Below are positions 1 to 12,940 of a DNA stretch of 64,000 nucleotides, one piece after another. Position 1 is the first letter of the stretch. Each line of letters begins with the position of its first letter. This stretch comes from the human T2T-CHM13v2.0 reference genome, Homo sapiens. Under the pieces are notes generated by a model, which had not been told where the DNA came from, did not search any database, and was given only the letters and a program-made list of their open reading frames with translations. The stretch lies in the NCBI RefSeq assembly GCF_009914755.1, contig NC_060935.1. One strand, 5' to 3'. Made by a program: the position numbers and the translations under genes.

Positions 1-269
1 ACTCTGTATCCCTACTACAGAGTCTGTAGCAATACACTTGTATAGAGTTGGTATTAAACAAAAAAATTGAACCCTGAATGAATTTTCAAGATGGCTGCCT
101 AGGGTAGCTCTGTTGACTTGTAGCTCAAAGAACAAAAAATACAATAAAAAAAGAAACTGACCTCCACCATAGAACTCACTAATGTACACTGGATACCCAG
201 GGAAAACAAAGTGAGCTTTCCAGCCATAGAGATGGCTCTGTGAAGAGATACACAAACCATCATGTCATG

Positions 270-1330
270 TCATTCTTTCTTCTTTCTTGATGTTTCAGGA
301 TTCCTTCTTTTATCATTTCTATTCTGTGTATATAACTTTCTTTAGCCATTCTTTTAGGGTATGTCTGCTTGTGATAAATTCTATTTGTTTTCCTTCATCT
401 GAGAATGCCTTGATTTCTTCTTCATTTCTGAAGGATGTTTTCCCTAGATATAGAATTCTGTTTTAAAATTTTTCTTTTGGCACTTAAAAAAAGTTGTATC
501 ACTTTCTTTTCAACTTCATGATTTCTGAAGAGAAATTCTCTGGCATTTTAATTGTTTTTCCCCTGTAGGCAATGTCTCATTTTTCTCTGGTTGCTTTCAA
601 GATGTTTTCTTTGTATTTAGTTTTCAGAAGTTTGACTATGATGTGTCTTGGCATGGATACCTTTGGGTTTATCTTGTTTGGATTTCACTCAGCTTCTTGA
701 ATCTGTAGGATTAGGAATATATTTTTCCTAAATTTGAGGAAATTTCGGTCATTATGTCTTTGACATTTTTTTCAGCCTTACATTCTTTCTCTCTTCTTCT
801 GAGACTTCAAGGATATCCATGTTAGATATTCAGTTATAGCCTTTATGTCCCTGGGGCTCTATTTGTTTTTGTGTAATTTATTTTTCCTATTGTTCAGATT
901 GAGTAATTAATGCCATTGTTCTATCCAAAAATTCACTGATTCATCTTTCTGCCCTTTTAATTCTACTGTTAAACCCATTCACTGAGGGTTTTTTTTTTTT
1001 TTCAGTTTTAAAATTTTTTAGTTCTAAAATTTCTACTTGATTCTTCTTTATGTCTTTTATATAATTGCTTTTACTTCTTTTTCTTTATTTTATGCATGTT
1101 TGTAACTGGTCTTTCAAGAATTTTATGATAGTTGTTTTAAAATCCTTGTCAAATAATTCCACATCTGTGTCTTCTTGGTGTTTGCATCTGTTGATTGTCT
1201 TTTTTTATTCAAGGTGTAGTTTTCCTGGTTCTTGGTATAGTAAGTGATTTTTTCAGTTAAAATCTGGACCTTTTGGGTGCTATGTCATAAGACTGCATCT
1301 TTTTTTTCGTCTTCTGATTTAACAGGCTTC
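270..1330 (-). mobile_element. Ancient LINE-1 (L1M) fragment, ORF1/inter-ORF region
   Basis: T-rich strand with degenerate L1 ORF1-region motifs (gatatagaattctg, gttgctttcaagatgttttctttg, ttgactatgatgtgtcttgg); no intact ORF. Confidence 0.75.
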
Positions 1331-1364
1331 CTCAGACACAGTGCTGGTGAAGTAAGCAGTTCAA

Positions 1365-2640
1365 ATACAGCACAAAAGTAAATTTACAGCTTTGAGCGCT
1401 TAACTAGAATAAAATATCTAAAATCAATAAACAAAATTTTTGCCTTAGGAAGTTAGGAAAAGGAGAGAAAATAAATAGAAGAAAATAAATATTAAAGATA
1501 AGAACAGAAAACAAACACTATAGAAAATTAACAAAGTCAAAAGCTATTCTTTAAAAAAATCAATAAAACTCTCAAACACCTAGGTAGACAAGAAAGAAGA
1601 GAAAGAAAGAAAGAGACAGAGAGAAAGGAAGGAAGGAAGGAAAATGGAATCATCATTACCAATCTGACAGATATTAGAAGAATAATAAGAGAATACTGTA
1701 AACAGTATTAGGCCAAAAAGATGACAATTTAGACAAAACAGGTAAATTTCTTTGAAAACATAATTTATCTAAACTGACAACTAAAAGAAAAAATCTGAAT
1801 AGTGATATATCTATTAAAGAAATTGAATTCATCAAAAATATTCCAAAATAAAATTTCTGGTTCCAGACAGTTTCATTAGTAAATTAATTATATTAAAATA
1901 TAAGAAATAAATAACACCAATACTACTGAAACTTTTTCAGGAAATAAAGGATAAGAAAACATCATTCAAATTATTTTATGAGGCCAGTATAATTCTAACA
2001 TTAAAAACTGACAAATACATTACCCCAAAAAAGGAAATTTAAAATCAAAATTCCTCATGAATATAAGCAAAAAATTATTAACAAAATAATAGAAAATCAA
2101 ATCCAACAATTTATAAGAAAGTCAATATATCATGACCAAGTTTATTTTAATAAAGCACTAGCTTAATACTCAAAGAGAATTTATTCAATATAATTCACTA
2201 TAGTAACAGAATGTAAGACAAAACTCATGCAATCTTTTCAATAGTTGTTAAAAAAGCAATTGACAAAAATGTAATATCAAATCATAATAATAAAAAAACT
2301 TAGTGAACAGAATATCAAGAAATTTCCTCAAACTGACAAAGATATCTACAAATTACTTATAGTTAACATCATATATAATGACAACTGAATACTTTCCACC
2401 TATACTTGAGAATAAGGCAAAGATCTATGCTTTCACAATTTCTATTCAATATTGTCTTGGTGATCCTAGCCACTGCAATAATAAAAGAAAAGTAAATAAA
2501 AAGAAAAGTAAATAAAAACTCTCTACAATACAGTAATTAGTACACAAACTACCTGATCTGAAAAAAGGAAAAAGATTTGCATAGACATCCAAAGAAAATA
2601 CATGAACAGCAAATCTACACAGTAAAACAGGCTCAGTATA
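1365..2640 (+). mobile_element. Ancient LINE-1 (L1M) ORF2 fragment
   Basis: A-rich degenerate ORF2 motifs (ttttatgaggccagtat, aatcaaatccaacaat, ttctattcaatattgtcttgg); includes a (GAAA/GGAA)n tract at ~1590-1642. Confidence 0.8.
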
Positions 2641-2654
2641 GCGAAGTTCAGACC

Positions 2655-3048
2655 TGGGCTTCAGTCCTGAATGAAATTCCTCACAAATAAATTATCAATA
2701 TTAATAGAACCTACTTCTTAAGATTTGGTGAAGGACTAAATTTAGAGTTTGAATGATACGAAGTGCTCAGAAAATGCCTATCCTATAGTAAGTTGGTTAT
2801 AGTTATTGTAATTATATGGACGTCCTTGCCTGGAGATTTCACCTGGGAGAACTTCTGACAATAGTGCCTTTCCTATGGTGACACATATTGTACTTTCTAA
2901 CCTATCCTAGGCGATGGGTTGGAATTGGGGGTGAGGGGGCTTCACCAGCTTGAGTCTTGACATGCTATTTTGAGCATTAAATGAAATAATCCTTGTAAAG
3001 TGCTTAGCTGTGTGCTTGGCACTCAGGCCATACTCAATAAATGTTAAT
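2655..3048 (+). mobile_element. MIR SINE fragments (~2655-2810 and ~2965-3048)
   Basis: cagacctgggcttcagtcc; MIR 3' end ttaaatgaaataatccttgtaaagtgcttagc...ctcaataaatgtt. Confidence 0.65.
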
Positions 3049-3419
3049 TAGTGCAGATTTTCTTCCAGATGCCTAGCACAGGACAGGGTTTATAGATTGT
3101 GCTGTAAAATTATTCCTGAATAAATATATGGTATTTAAACTTAAACGTCAATGCACAAGAGAGGGTGTCTCTGGCTCTCTTGCTACAGCAACTAGTAGGA
3201 CCCCCAACAGCACCCCCACCAATTCACTAGATGCTTAATAGATATTTTTTAGTTTCCTCTGAAGAGGAATAAGAAGAGAATATTAGTCGATTGTAGCCAC
3301 TTGGCTGCAAATTTTCCACAGGAGCTGAGGTTAGAGGTTTAGTGGCAGTAACACTAAATGTTTCAAGCTTTCTTAGAAAACCACAATTACATTGATTACC
3401 CACTGTCAGTGGAACATTC

Positions 3420-3655
3420 ACTGGAAGTCACACCCCTGCGAGGGACTGAGTGGTGATGAGCTTTCTTTAATCTGTCCAAAAAGTTTCCCTAGGTTTCTCT
3501 CATCAGAAACTGGCAATTGAGAAAGTGCAGCCCAGGGTTAGGGGGCTGTCTGTGGCTACAGAATGCAGTGAAGCTAAGAGGCCCATAAGGGGATTAAATC
3601 TATGACCTGCTCCTCATTAGCACAATGTTCTAGCTGAATGGGAAATAATGCAGAC
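3420..3655 (-). mobile_element. MamSINE1 (ancient tRNA-derived SINE)
   Basis: Reverse complement of 3580-3637 aligns ungapped to tRNA-Ile(AAT) at about 39/58 by hand count, followed by ttagcttcactgcattctgtagccacagacagccccctaaccctgg, matching the recalled MamSINE1 body. Confidence 0.7.
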
Positions 3656-4119
3656 TCCTTGAGTGTTAGCAAATACTGACCTACTTAGATATGAGGATAA
3701 AAGCACACATTTTCCCTTGGACATCAGCACAATCTGTCTCTGGGAACTGAAAGGACAGAGAAAGCCCTTTTACAGGGAATTTCTGGGTCAATAACTCTCA
3801 TCTCATGCTCCTACAGTAATTACTGGATTATGTTCCCCAATTATTCTCCTATCCAATAACTGCCTCTCTGCCTACCCACCCATGTTCCAACAAGTATTAG
3901 ACAATGTGTCAGGCCATCTGAGTCTCCTATGACATCAGTCATCTTCATACAACTAGATCCCCCTGCCTAGAACATTTCCATCTCCCACCCACCCCACCAT
4001 CCCCACCACCTTCACCAACACAACCTCTGCTCCTGGCCTCCACTCATCTGGCCAGCATGTGCTCATTTCTCCTGTCCCAGCAAGCTGTCCTGGAAGTCTT
4101 CAGGAATTCTGATGCCTGG

Positions 4120-4335
4120 ATACAGATCCATCCATGTACACCTCTGCACACAGTACTCTCCCATCACAGTACTTACTGCATTGTACTTCCACGGTCTATG
4201 TTCTCTCTCCCCAATCCCCAGCACTGTAAGTGCCTAACGCAAGGACTATGTCTGGTGAAGAGGTGAATCCTATCTACTCTGTGCCTGGCCTAAAGTAGGA
4301 ATTCAATAAATACTTGTTGAATGAATGGATGATGA
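4120..4335 (+). mobile_element. L2 LINE 3' end
   Basis: gtgcctggcctaaagtaggaattcaataaatacttgttgaatgaatgg is a typical L2 tail. Confidence 0.7.
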
Positions 4336-4464
4336 AAGGAAATCCCAATTTTCCTTTTATATATTAAACTTCCTAAGTGATGCTAAATACGATCTGAAAA
4401 TATTAAATAGTACTTACATTCAACCATCCTTAAGGGCACCCTTAAGTCTTGACATTTGCTGAAG

Positions 4465-4650
4465 TAGGATGAAAAAGTGTTTTAGAATCACACAGGTATG
4501 AATTTAAATTCCTAGGTGATCATTAACTACCTGTGTTTCAACTTTTCTAAATGAGAATAATAATACCTCCCTCGCAGAGTTACTTAGAAAGTAGAATAAG
4601 ATAAAATACGTGAAGTTCCTGCTACTCAAAAACATTAGTATGTTATCTCT
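4465..4650 (+). mobile_element. MIR SINE
   Basis: Degenerate core ctgtgtttcaacttttctaaatgagaataataatacctccctcgcagagtt. Confidence 0.6.
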
Positions 4651-4728
4651 TTCTATTCTCTAATTAATGAGCTTTCTCCTGAATTTCTGTCTGCCCTATT
4701 CATTGTACACTAAATACTATATTTTAAT

Positions 4729-4935
4729 ACACACACACACACACACACTCTTTCAAGTTAATATATATTTACATATATACACATATGCTCTTTCCATTAA
4801 CTTGTAAAATATATGTATGTGTGTATATGTGAATGTGTGTGGTGTTGTGTAGACATATATATAGATATATTTGCTTTTGTATACTTTTTTCAATTAACTT
4901 GGAAGAGTGTATGTATATGTGTGTGTGGTGTGTGC

Positions 4936-4970
<35 letters not shown>
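4729..4970. repeat. (CA)n at 4729-4748 and imperfect (TG)n/(TA)n at ~4810-4970
   Basis: Dinucleotide runs seen directly. Confidence 0.95.
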
Positions 4971-4971
<1 letters not shown>

Positions 4972-5255
4972 TATGTTCCTCTAGCATATCTGTTTATATA
5001 TTAAACTTTATAATAGACTTTCCAGGCTTATTGTGAGAGCATTCGGGAGATAATGTAGAAAAGCACATGAGCTCCCTGTACATAGTAGGCAATAAATTCA
5101 TATGTTTTCCTTCCTTCTTTCCTTTCTTTTTTTCTTCCTTCCTTGTTTTTTTATTCCTCTTAGCAGACATAGTCTCTAAATATTGATTGATTTATTAAGA
5201 GATTATATCCTTTATTCAAATTATATCCCAGTTTACCTGGCACAGAGAGGGCACC

Positions 5256-5617
5256 TGTCTTGGTCCATTTGGGCTGCTTTAACAAAATACCATCAACTAT
5301 GTGGCTTAGAAACAACAGGAATTTATTTCTCACAGTTCTGGATGCTAGAAGTCTGAAATCAGGGTGCCAATGAGGTTGAGTTCTGATGAGGGTTGTCTTC
5401 CAGATTTGACTGCCTATTTCTTGCTGTGTCCTCACATGGTGGAGATAGTGAAGGGTCTCATTCTGGCTCTTTCATAAAGACACTCACGCCGTTCATGAGG
5501 GCTTTGCCTCCATGACCTAACAACCTCCCAAAGCTCCCACCTCCTAATACTACTATCATGAGGGTTAGGATTTCAACGTATAAATTTTGGTGGGACACAA
5601 ACATTCAGACCATATCA
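5256..5617 (-). mobile_element. MaLR solo LTR, MLT1A0-like
   Basis: tgtcttggtccatttgggctgc...acattcagaccatatca; ~360 bp with TG...CA termini. Confidence 0.85.
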
Positions 5618-6319
5618 ACAGTCAGCACATAACTTATCAAATGTTTGTAGAGTAAAAACAAATAATAAAGTATTATTTTCAGCGTATCATTATTATGGAT
5701 ATCCACTACATTTTTAAGGATCAAAACAGCTTCTGAACAATGTGAATTCTCCTACAGTCTTTAGTCAACAATAACCACAAATATTTCCCTTCTTTAAGGA
5801 GATTTGAGGATGAGGTCCTCACATTACCTTCTCAATGAATATTGAGTGGAGCAAAGGAGGTCTTCTTTACAAGATAAACCTTATTTTGGAAATAATATTC
5901 TTACAAGAACAACATTTTTGTATCTGGAGAAGAAGCTTTGGTAATAAGATACAAGGTATGTTCAGATAATCAGATAATCTCTGAGGTCTTTTTTAGGGAA
6001 AGATGGGTCTTTGCTAAGAATAACACTATCCTGATGACAATGCAGCTTCTAAAAGGTGAGTTTAAGCTTGAGGGTGTTCCACATTGATTTTGTAAACACT
6101 GATAGAAGCATTCATATTCTGAACAAATAAATTACATTTATACAGAATAAAGAGGGACTGATAAAATCAAATCACAAAACCCAGTTGTCTTTTTTGGAGG
6201 GATGGGTGGGGGGAATAAGCATATACATTACAGAGAAGTATGATGTGGGGCTAGGAAGGAAGGAATAAAGTAAGGATGGTAAAACATTTTGACCTTGGGA
6301 ATTCCTTCAAATTAATTGG

Positions 6320-7290
6320 TATTTTTATCAAACTAATATCTGCACATAAGAGCAAAATTTTAAAAATACTCAAAGACATAATAAAAGATAGCATAATAAT
6401 AAAATAATTCATAATAAACACAATAAACATAATAAAAAAGAGCTCTAGCCCTCTTCACCTTCAAGAGGCAATCACTTTCACCTTTTCCAGCTTTTTTTAA
6501 ACCTGGTATTGACCCTCACATTTCTAAGCAATATGCTTAAATGGCTGCATTTTTACTTCCACCAAATTCTTCTTTTAAAAAAAAAAACTGTATATTTCTA
6601 ATAGAAAATAAATGCAGATGTACAAAATCTAGAGCAAAAGTTTGGAAATGAACTAAACATTTAGTCTAGTTCGACTAGTTAAACAAACTCTATGACTAGT
6701 TCGTTTCCATCTTTTGCTCTCACAAAAACACATTGCAATCAATATTCTTATGTATATATTACTGCACATATATTCAAATATATCAGTAGGATATATTTTT
6801 GAAAATAGAATTTGTGTCAAATATCATGTGCATTTTATATTTAATAATTGCTGTCAAATTGTCATCCACTGAGGTTATATCAATTACAATTCCATTAGAA
6901 ATATTAGAACAATTTTTTCTCTACAATCTTGTCTACAGATTGTTATCACATTTTTTGATAATGGTCAATTGTCAAAGTGTTATCTTGGGTTTAATTTATA
7001 TTTCTCCTACTATCTGAAAAGTTTAGCATACTTTCATATGCTTAGAAATCATTTATAGTTATTTTTGAACTATTTATTCATAAATTTGATTCTTTATGAG
7101 GATTTTTAGCTTTCCTTAAGGGAAAGAGAAATTTACACATCAGGAGAGTATCACTTTGTGATAAAAATTACAGTTTTTTTTTCTTTTTTAAGTTTTTATG
7201 TTTTTCATCTAAAAATGTTTTTAATGTAAACTTGTCATCCCTTTCTTCTAAAACTTCTACATTTTGATTCTGCTATGTATTAACTTACCA
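6320..7290 (-). mobile_element. Ancient L1ME-type 3' fragments
   Basis: Degenerate reverse-strand L1 3' motifs (tttccatcttttgct, ttaatttatatttctcc, agcatactttcatatgctt). Confidence 0.55.
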
Positions 7291-7299
7291 ATTTTGACA

Positions 7300-7412
7300 T
7301 TTTTTTTTTCTGACACATGGTCTCACTCCATTGCCCAGGCTAAAGTGCAGTGGCATGGATCACAGCTCACTGCAGATTGCAACCTCAAGCTCCTGGGCTC
7401 AAGTAATCGTCC
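7300..7412 (-). mobile_element. Alu monomer fragment (AluJ arm or FLAM)
   Basis: poly-T then ggtctcactccattgcccaggctaaagtgcagtggc...ctcctgggctcaagtaatc. Confidence 0.85.
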
Positions 7413-9497
7413 TAAAACTATGGATAATTGAAGGACCAATGAAATAGAGAATGTGGCGTTTGTTGAGAAGTGAAATATGAAAGTGTCAGTAATTTCATAA
7501 AATCCATACAGCACAAGTGACATATGCTTAAGATGAGCCCTCATGACTTACTTATTGCTTACTTTTTTTAGTCTCTTTCCTAGATTAGTAAATAAAGAAA
7601 ATGATTCTCACTTTCAAGATTAGCAGGAGATTTAGAACTAATGTGTATTAGTTTCTTCACCCAAAGGAGGCACTGAAAAATAATAGCTAATTCTTTTTGA
7701 ATATTGGTAATGTTCTCTGAAAACACTCAGCTCGTTGCACACACTGAAGCAAGTCACAATTACTGCTAAATTATAACAATCAATGAGAAGTCTAACATGT
7801 TGCCCATGTTTCTCACACCACCATATTTTTTCCTTATTATCTCTCAGATGTTTTAACTCCCATGTTTTGATTTTATCTGTCATTTTTTTCTTGCATGCCT
7901 CTACTTTGGAGTACGTTTCTCCTTACTTTGAGTTGCTATTTCTCTGAGGGGCACCCCACTTGCCTCTACTTTTATATGTCATCCAGAAAAAATAGCTCAC
8001 TGATAACAGTTATATTTTGGGTTTAAAAATAATCTTAAAATATAGAAGCTTTGCTCCCAAAGCCAGGACTGTTGGGAAAATTTCCTTTATAGTGTTCCTT
8101 TGGTGGGCATAGTCTGTCTTGAAATTCTGAAGGATACATAAATCCCTTTAGGCTTAAAGGAAATGGCTGGTCCTTAAATTCTTAATTAACCCTAAAAGGA
8201 TCAATTTAATGTGGAGAAAACATCACACATTTCTCCAGGCATGCTTTTGCAGAGGCATTGGCAGCCCTAGAGGTTGTCCAATGACATAATCTCATATATG
8301 TCCAAGCAATACTTCTACACATGAATGTGGCAAAGAGGATTTTTCTTTCAGAATAAAATACAGTATAAATGTTATCCTTTATTCACTAAAACCAATATTT
8401 GCAAAGGAGTTGAAGACTTTATTTCTAAGCTTCCAAAATATTTAGATACAATGGTGAAATCTACTTAGACAATGACTGGTTCACTAAGCTAGTTTTTCTC
8501 TTCTCTACTTTGTAAAATTATCATATTTTAAGGTCTTTCTTATAAAGTAACTTTGCCAATTAACCCCAGGGAATTACACATTCCCACCTATGTTATCAGA
8601 GAACTTTTTTTCTCTGCTGTGGTATCTATGTTCATAGAGGTTTGCATAGTAACTCAGAGGAAGTGTGTGTGGTCCCTGTATAGTCTTTTCATGATGTACC
8701 AGAATCTTGGCTCATCCATCTACCAGTCAGAGACAGGTTTACTATGAAGCTAGCAAATCTCAGCCCTCATGTTCCACACACTTGCATAGGTCCCATTCAA
8801 GATGCTGAGAGGAGCTCTAGCAAAGTGTTCAGATAGCATTTGTTTTGTAAAATTTGCAAAGCTAAAATAGTCTAGTCAAAATTGACTAAAACCACTGCCT
8901 CTTATCAATCCCGTGTGCTCTCCTACACTTTCCCTATTATTAAGACGCATTAGAGTAGTCAACAGCATTTTTAATATCCAGAATAGAGGAAGTTGAGTTA
9001 GTCATATATTTACTTCCGTGTTTATGTAATTCACAGTCACTTTTATGTACAGTTATTTCTGGCTGTCCCAAGTTGTCTTCTAACAACCCTCTTAGAACCT
9101 GCTGTGCCAACTCATCTATCATGATGCAAAGGTGCAACATAAAATATATCCTGCAGTGCCTGGCATTAAAAATATGTGTAGAGTGAAGGAGAAATAGTTG
9201 GAAATATGTGGAACAGAATCTAGTCTGTGGAAAATTCTTCCATTAATCAGATATGAAAAATCATAAGCAGAAGGTCTGATTCTCATCAATACCTGGTCAA
9301 AATGGAAACTCTCTCCTGTCAGGAATATAGACAATAATGCAGCATATAAAAAGATAAATACACCTTACATTTTTTCATTTCGATGGAACTTGAGAAAATA
9401 AAACTAATCAGAATTCTTATTATCAGAATTCCTTGTAGAACACAGATCTATAGCAGTATTGTAATAGCAAGTATATGTGTATGTGACATCACATTAG

Positions 9498-10810
9498 TGT
9501 TGATGAAAAAAGCCAGACTCTGTAAAATATTTATTCTGAGCCAAATATGAACGATGACAGCTCAGAGTACTGTCTCAAGAGGTCCTGAGAACTTGTGCCC
9601 AAGGTGGTCAGGTTACAGCTTGGTTTTATATATTTTAGGGAGACAGAATGTATTAGTCCGTCTTCACACTGCCAATAAAGACATACCTGAGACTGGGTAA
9701 TTTACAAAAGAAAGAAGTTTATTGGACTTACAGTTCCACATGGCTGGGGAGGCCTCACAATCATGGTGGAAGCCAAGGAGGAGCAAGTCACATCTTATGT
9801 GATGGCAGTAGGCAAAGAGAGAGCTTGTGCAGAGAAACTCCTGTTTTTAAAACCATCAGATCTCATGAGACCCATTCACTATCAGGAGAACAGCAGGGGA
9901 AAGACTTGCCCCCACAATTCAATCATCTCCCACGGAGTCCCTCCCATAACACATGGGAATTATGGCAGCCACGAGATGAGATTTTGGTGAGAACACAGAG
10001 CCAACCCATATCATAGAAGTTACAGGCAAAAATAAATCAATACATATAAAGTATACATACATTGGTTCAGCCTGGAAATGCAACATCTCAAAGCAGGGGG
10101 CTTTACAGATCATAGGTGTATTCAGTGGTATTCTAATTGGCAATTGGTTAAAACTCTTTGCCTAAAGAGTTGAAGTCAGCAAAAAGAAATGCTGGAGTTA
10201 AAATAAGGGGGATTGTAGAAGCCAAATTTCTCACTAGGCAGATACAGCCTCTAAGCAGGAGGCTTCAGAGATAATAGATGATAAATGATAAATGACTCTT
10301 TTTGGACTTTAACGGGTGTCAGACTCTTAGTGAAATCCTGCCTAGATCAGGAAAAGACCTAGAAAGCGAAGGAGATTCTCTGCAGAATGCAAATTTCCAC
10401 TACAAGACATCGCTTTGCAGGGCCATTTCAAAACATGTCAAAGAAATATATTTTGGGGTAAAATATCTTGATTTTTTTTCTGGGTCTGCTATCTGTCATG
10501 TGATGCCATACCGGAGTCAGGTTGGAATTTGGTATCTTATTGCTACAAAGAGTCTGTTTTGTCAGTCTTATGATCTCTACTTTTATGTTAATGCTGTTTG
10601 CTGTGCCCAGACTCCAAAGAAAGGGGGCATAATGAGATGTGTCCAACCTCCCTTCCAGTCAGGCCAGAACTGATTTTTCAGGTTTCTTTGGGATCTCCTT
10701 AGCCAAAGTAGCATTCTAATTTTAATTAGAATTGAATTCTAAATTTAAAAAAATTGCTAATGTAAACCAAAAATAAAATTCTAAGTTCCTCAATTGACTG
10801 AACAAACCCC
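9498..10810 (-). mobile_element. ERV1 MER4-group solo LTR (MER4D/B-like), split by THE1C; its first ~50 bp lie inverted at 10761-10810
   Basis: tgttgatgaaaaaagccagactctgtaaaatattt...; LTR start tgtaaaccaaaaataaaattctaag is on the + strand at 10761; 4-bp TSD TTAG. Confidence 0.85.
9649..10013 (-). mobile_element. THE1C-like MaLR solo LTR
   Basis: tgtattagtccg...ccaacccatatca, 365 bp; 5-bp TSD cagaa/tagaa. Confidence 0.92.
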
Positions 10811-12149
10811 AAGGTTTAAAACAAATTTAAATGTTTTTTTTAATTTTAATAAGTGTGTACAGGAGAGACTAAATTATCTTTGTATAGAGATATATATCTT
10901 TGTATAGAAAGATATAGAAATAACATTAAAAGATGTGTCATAGGAAAAGGCAATGAATGTACATGAAGTCAAGAACCGTAAAAATAAATTATTATAAAGG
11001 ACATGTCAGTTTATTAACAAAAACATTATGCTGCTTTTCAAGATTTTGTGATGTTAATGGTATTTGTCAGCTTTTTAAAGTTAATAATTTGTTGTGATCT
11101 ATTTTCAACGTCAATAAATATTCGCACCCATTTCTAAATGTATTATTTATACTTTTATCTTTTTTCCTAAAATGCATACCTCAAATTCTATAAGCTTCAG
11201 GTTCCCCAAGACCTGGGTCCACCCCTGCCCCCTTCAGATGATGTCTCCTGCCATTCTGGTGCTGTGGGCTGCGTGGGTGCATGTACCAGTTCCTCCTGGC
11301 CCTTTTACCCCTCCACCCTGTCTAGTCTCGCTACAGTCTCCGAGGGGCTGCTACATATCCCCTTGGGAAGCCCTGGTCTCCTCTACTTTCCAATATTCAT
11401 TCTAACCTGAGTTTTACTATTGTCACTCCCATCTTTCCTCATACCTAATGGTATCGCTTCCTTTCCTACACCTTCTCTCTCAGCCTAGGGAATCTTACTG
11501 CAAGTCAAAGGCAGGAAAACTGGCTCTCAGATTGCACAGCATTCTTCCCCAAACTATTGTTTGTGGCATACACATAAGCCCTTTCTTTCAACCTCCTCAA
11601 CAAAACTCTATTTTGAATTCAAAAGCTAAGAATTGACTCCCTTGTTCTCTGGAGTTCTGCCACAGCCCTCTTTCCACAAATGCCTGAAATGGGGATTTCC
11701 CAATCAGGATGGTCAGGGAGGACAAAAGGAATCATCAGAAGAAAACCTCATCATTTAATATCAATAGATTTCCAAATACCTGAATGTTTGAAATTATGTG
11801 AATGAAACTTCTATGTGATTGATGAAACCGTTTATCTTTTAAATCAAGATGCTTAACCATCTACATAGATACATTTACAGAAATATAAAGAAGTTGGGCA
11901 AGTTACCAAAGAAAATTTCTAATAATTCTGATATTTCTGAATTAACCATGACATCCTAAGACTGATAAATGTAGCAGAATATTGTGTAATACCCTCCTTG
12001 CTTTTTCTTGAATATACTTATCTAAGCTCAAAAATTTTCAAATCTGTTCTTAGATGCTGGATTTATTTATTTTTATTTTTTGTGTGTGATTCTGGTTGTA
12101 AAAAGAATTCACATTCATGGTTGTAGTTTTAGAACAAAAGAGAACAAAT

Positions 12150-12660
12150 AAGTACATGTGATAAGCACAAGCCTTGAGAGTCACTTGTGTGTGTAGGTCT
12201 GTATGAAATTGAAATTATGCCCTATTTATTGTATTGGCATATAAATGTTTTTTACTACATAATATTAATCAAGTAGAAGTATTATATAATAATTAACCAA
12301 TTCTATCGTTTTAATATTGTTTAATTTATGACTGCTCACTTTTAAATAACACTATTATGAACTTTCTAATTTATAATTCTTTGTGTGCATTTATAATCAT
12401 TTCTTTAGAATATATTCCTTGGTGATAAATTATAGTGTCAAAAGAAATAACATTTTAAGACTTTTATTATATATTTCCAAATTAGCCTCCAAATGTTATC
12501 AATTTTCAATGTGATGATGAATATGTAAGAGTATCTCTTCTCACACACTTTTAACATTAGTTATTAATACTGTCCAGATCTTTATCAGTTTGATAGATGG
12601 AAAAATAGAAAATAGTGTATCATATTTATCCTATTTGAATATCTTTGATTACTCATGCAC
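12150..12660 (-). mobile_element. Ancient L1ME-type 3' fragment
   Basis: Degenerate reverse L1 3' motifs (atttctttagaatatattcc, atttccaaattagcctccaaa). Confidence 0.5.
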
Positions 12661-12940
12661 CACATATGTAACAGTTTTCCCAAGGATAATTCTAAAAGGA
12701 AATCCACTCCATGAAGCATAAATGAATAATAGATTATGGTTCTATGTGTTACTGAGTCTTTCCATTGAGTTTTGTATTTATATGGCTAATTATTTTACAT
12801 GTATTTAAGTTTTTATTTATGTAGCTAGTTATTTAAAATGTGTTTGTTTCGAGTTATTTTAAAAGATTTTTACCAGATGTTTGAGAAAGAAGATATGAAC
12901 CATTATCGAACTTGGAGAGCAAAGATAGCTAATGCAACAG

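Larger units (their letters stand above)
8728..11227 (+). mobile_element. hAT-Tip100 non-autonomous DNA transposon (Arthur1B/MER69B-like), interrupted by LTRs
   Basis: Left end cagagacaggtttactatgaagcta; right end aagcttcaggttccccaagacctgggtccacccctg; about 1.24 kb after removing the nested LTRs; remnant QERLNYL (10860-10880) resembles a hAT dimerisation-domain motif. Confidence 0.7.

Noticed and set aside
3580-3637. tRNA-Ile gene
   Set aside because: About one third diverged, B-box degraded, and continues into SINE body; it is a SINE head
4429-4446. Palindrome cttaaggg-ca-cccttaag
   Set aside because: An 8-bp stem is expected by chance in 64 kb
4769-5036. THTH/VCVC ORFs
   Set aside because: Translations of (CA)/(TG) microsatellite
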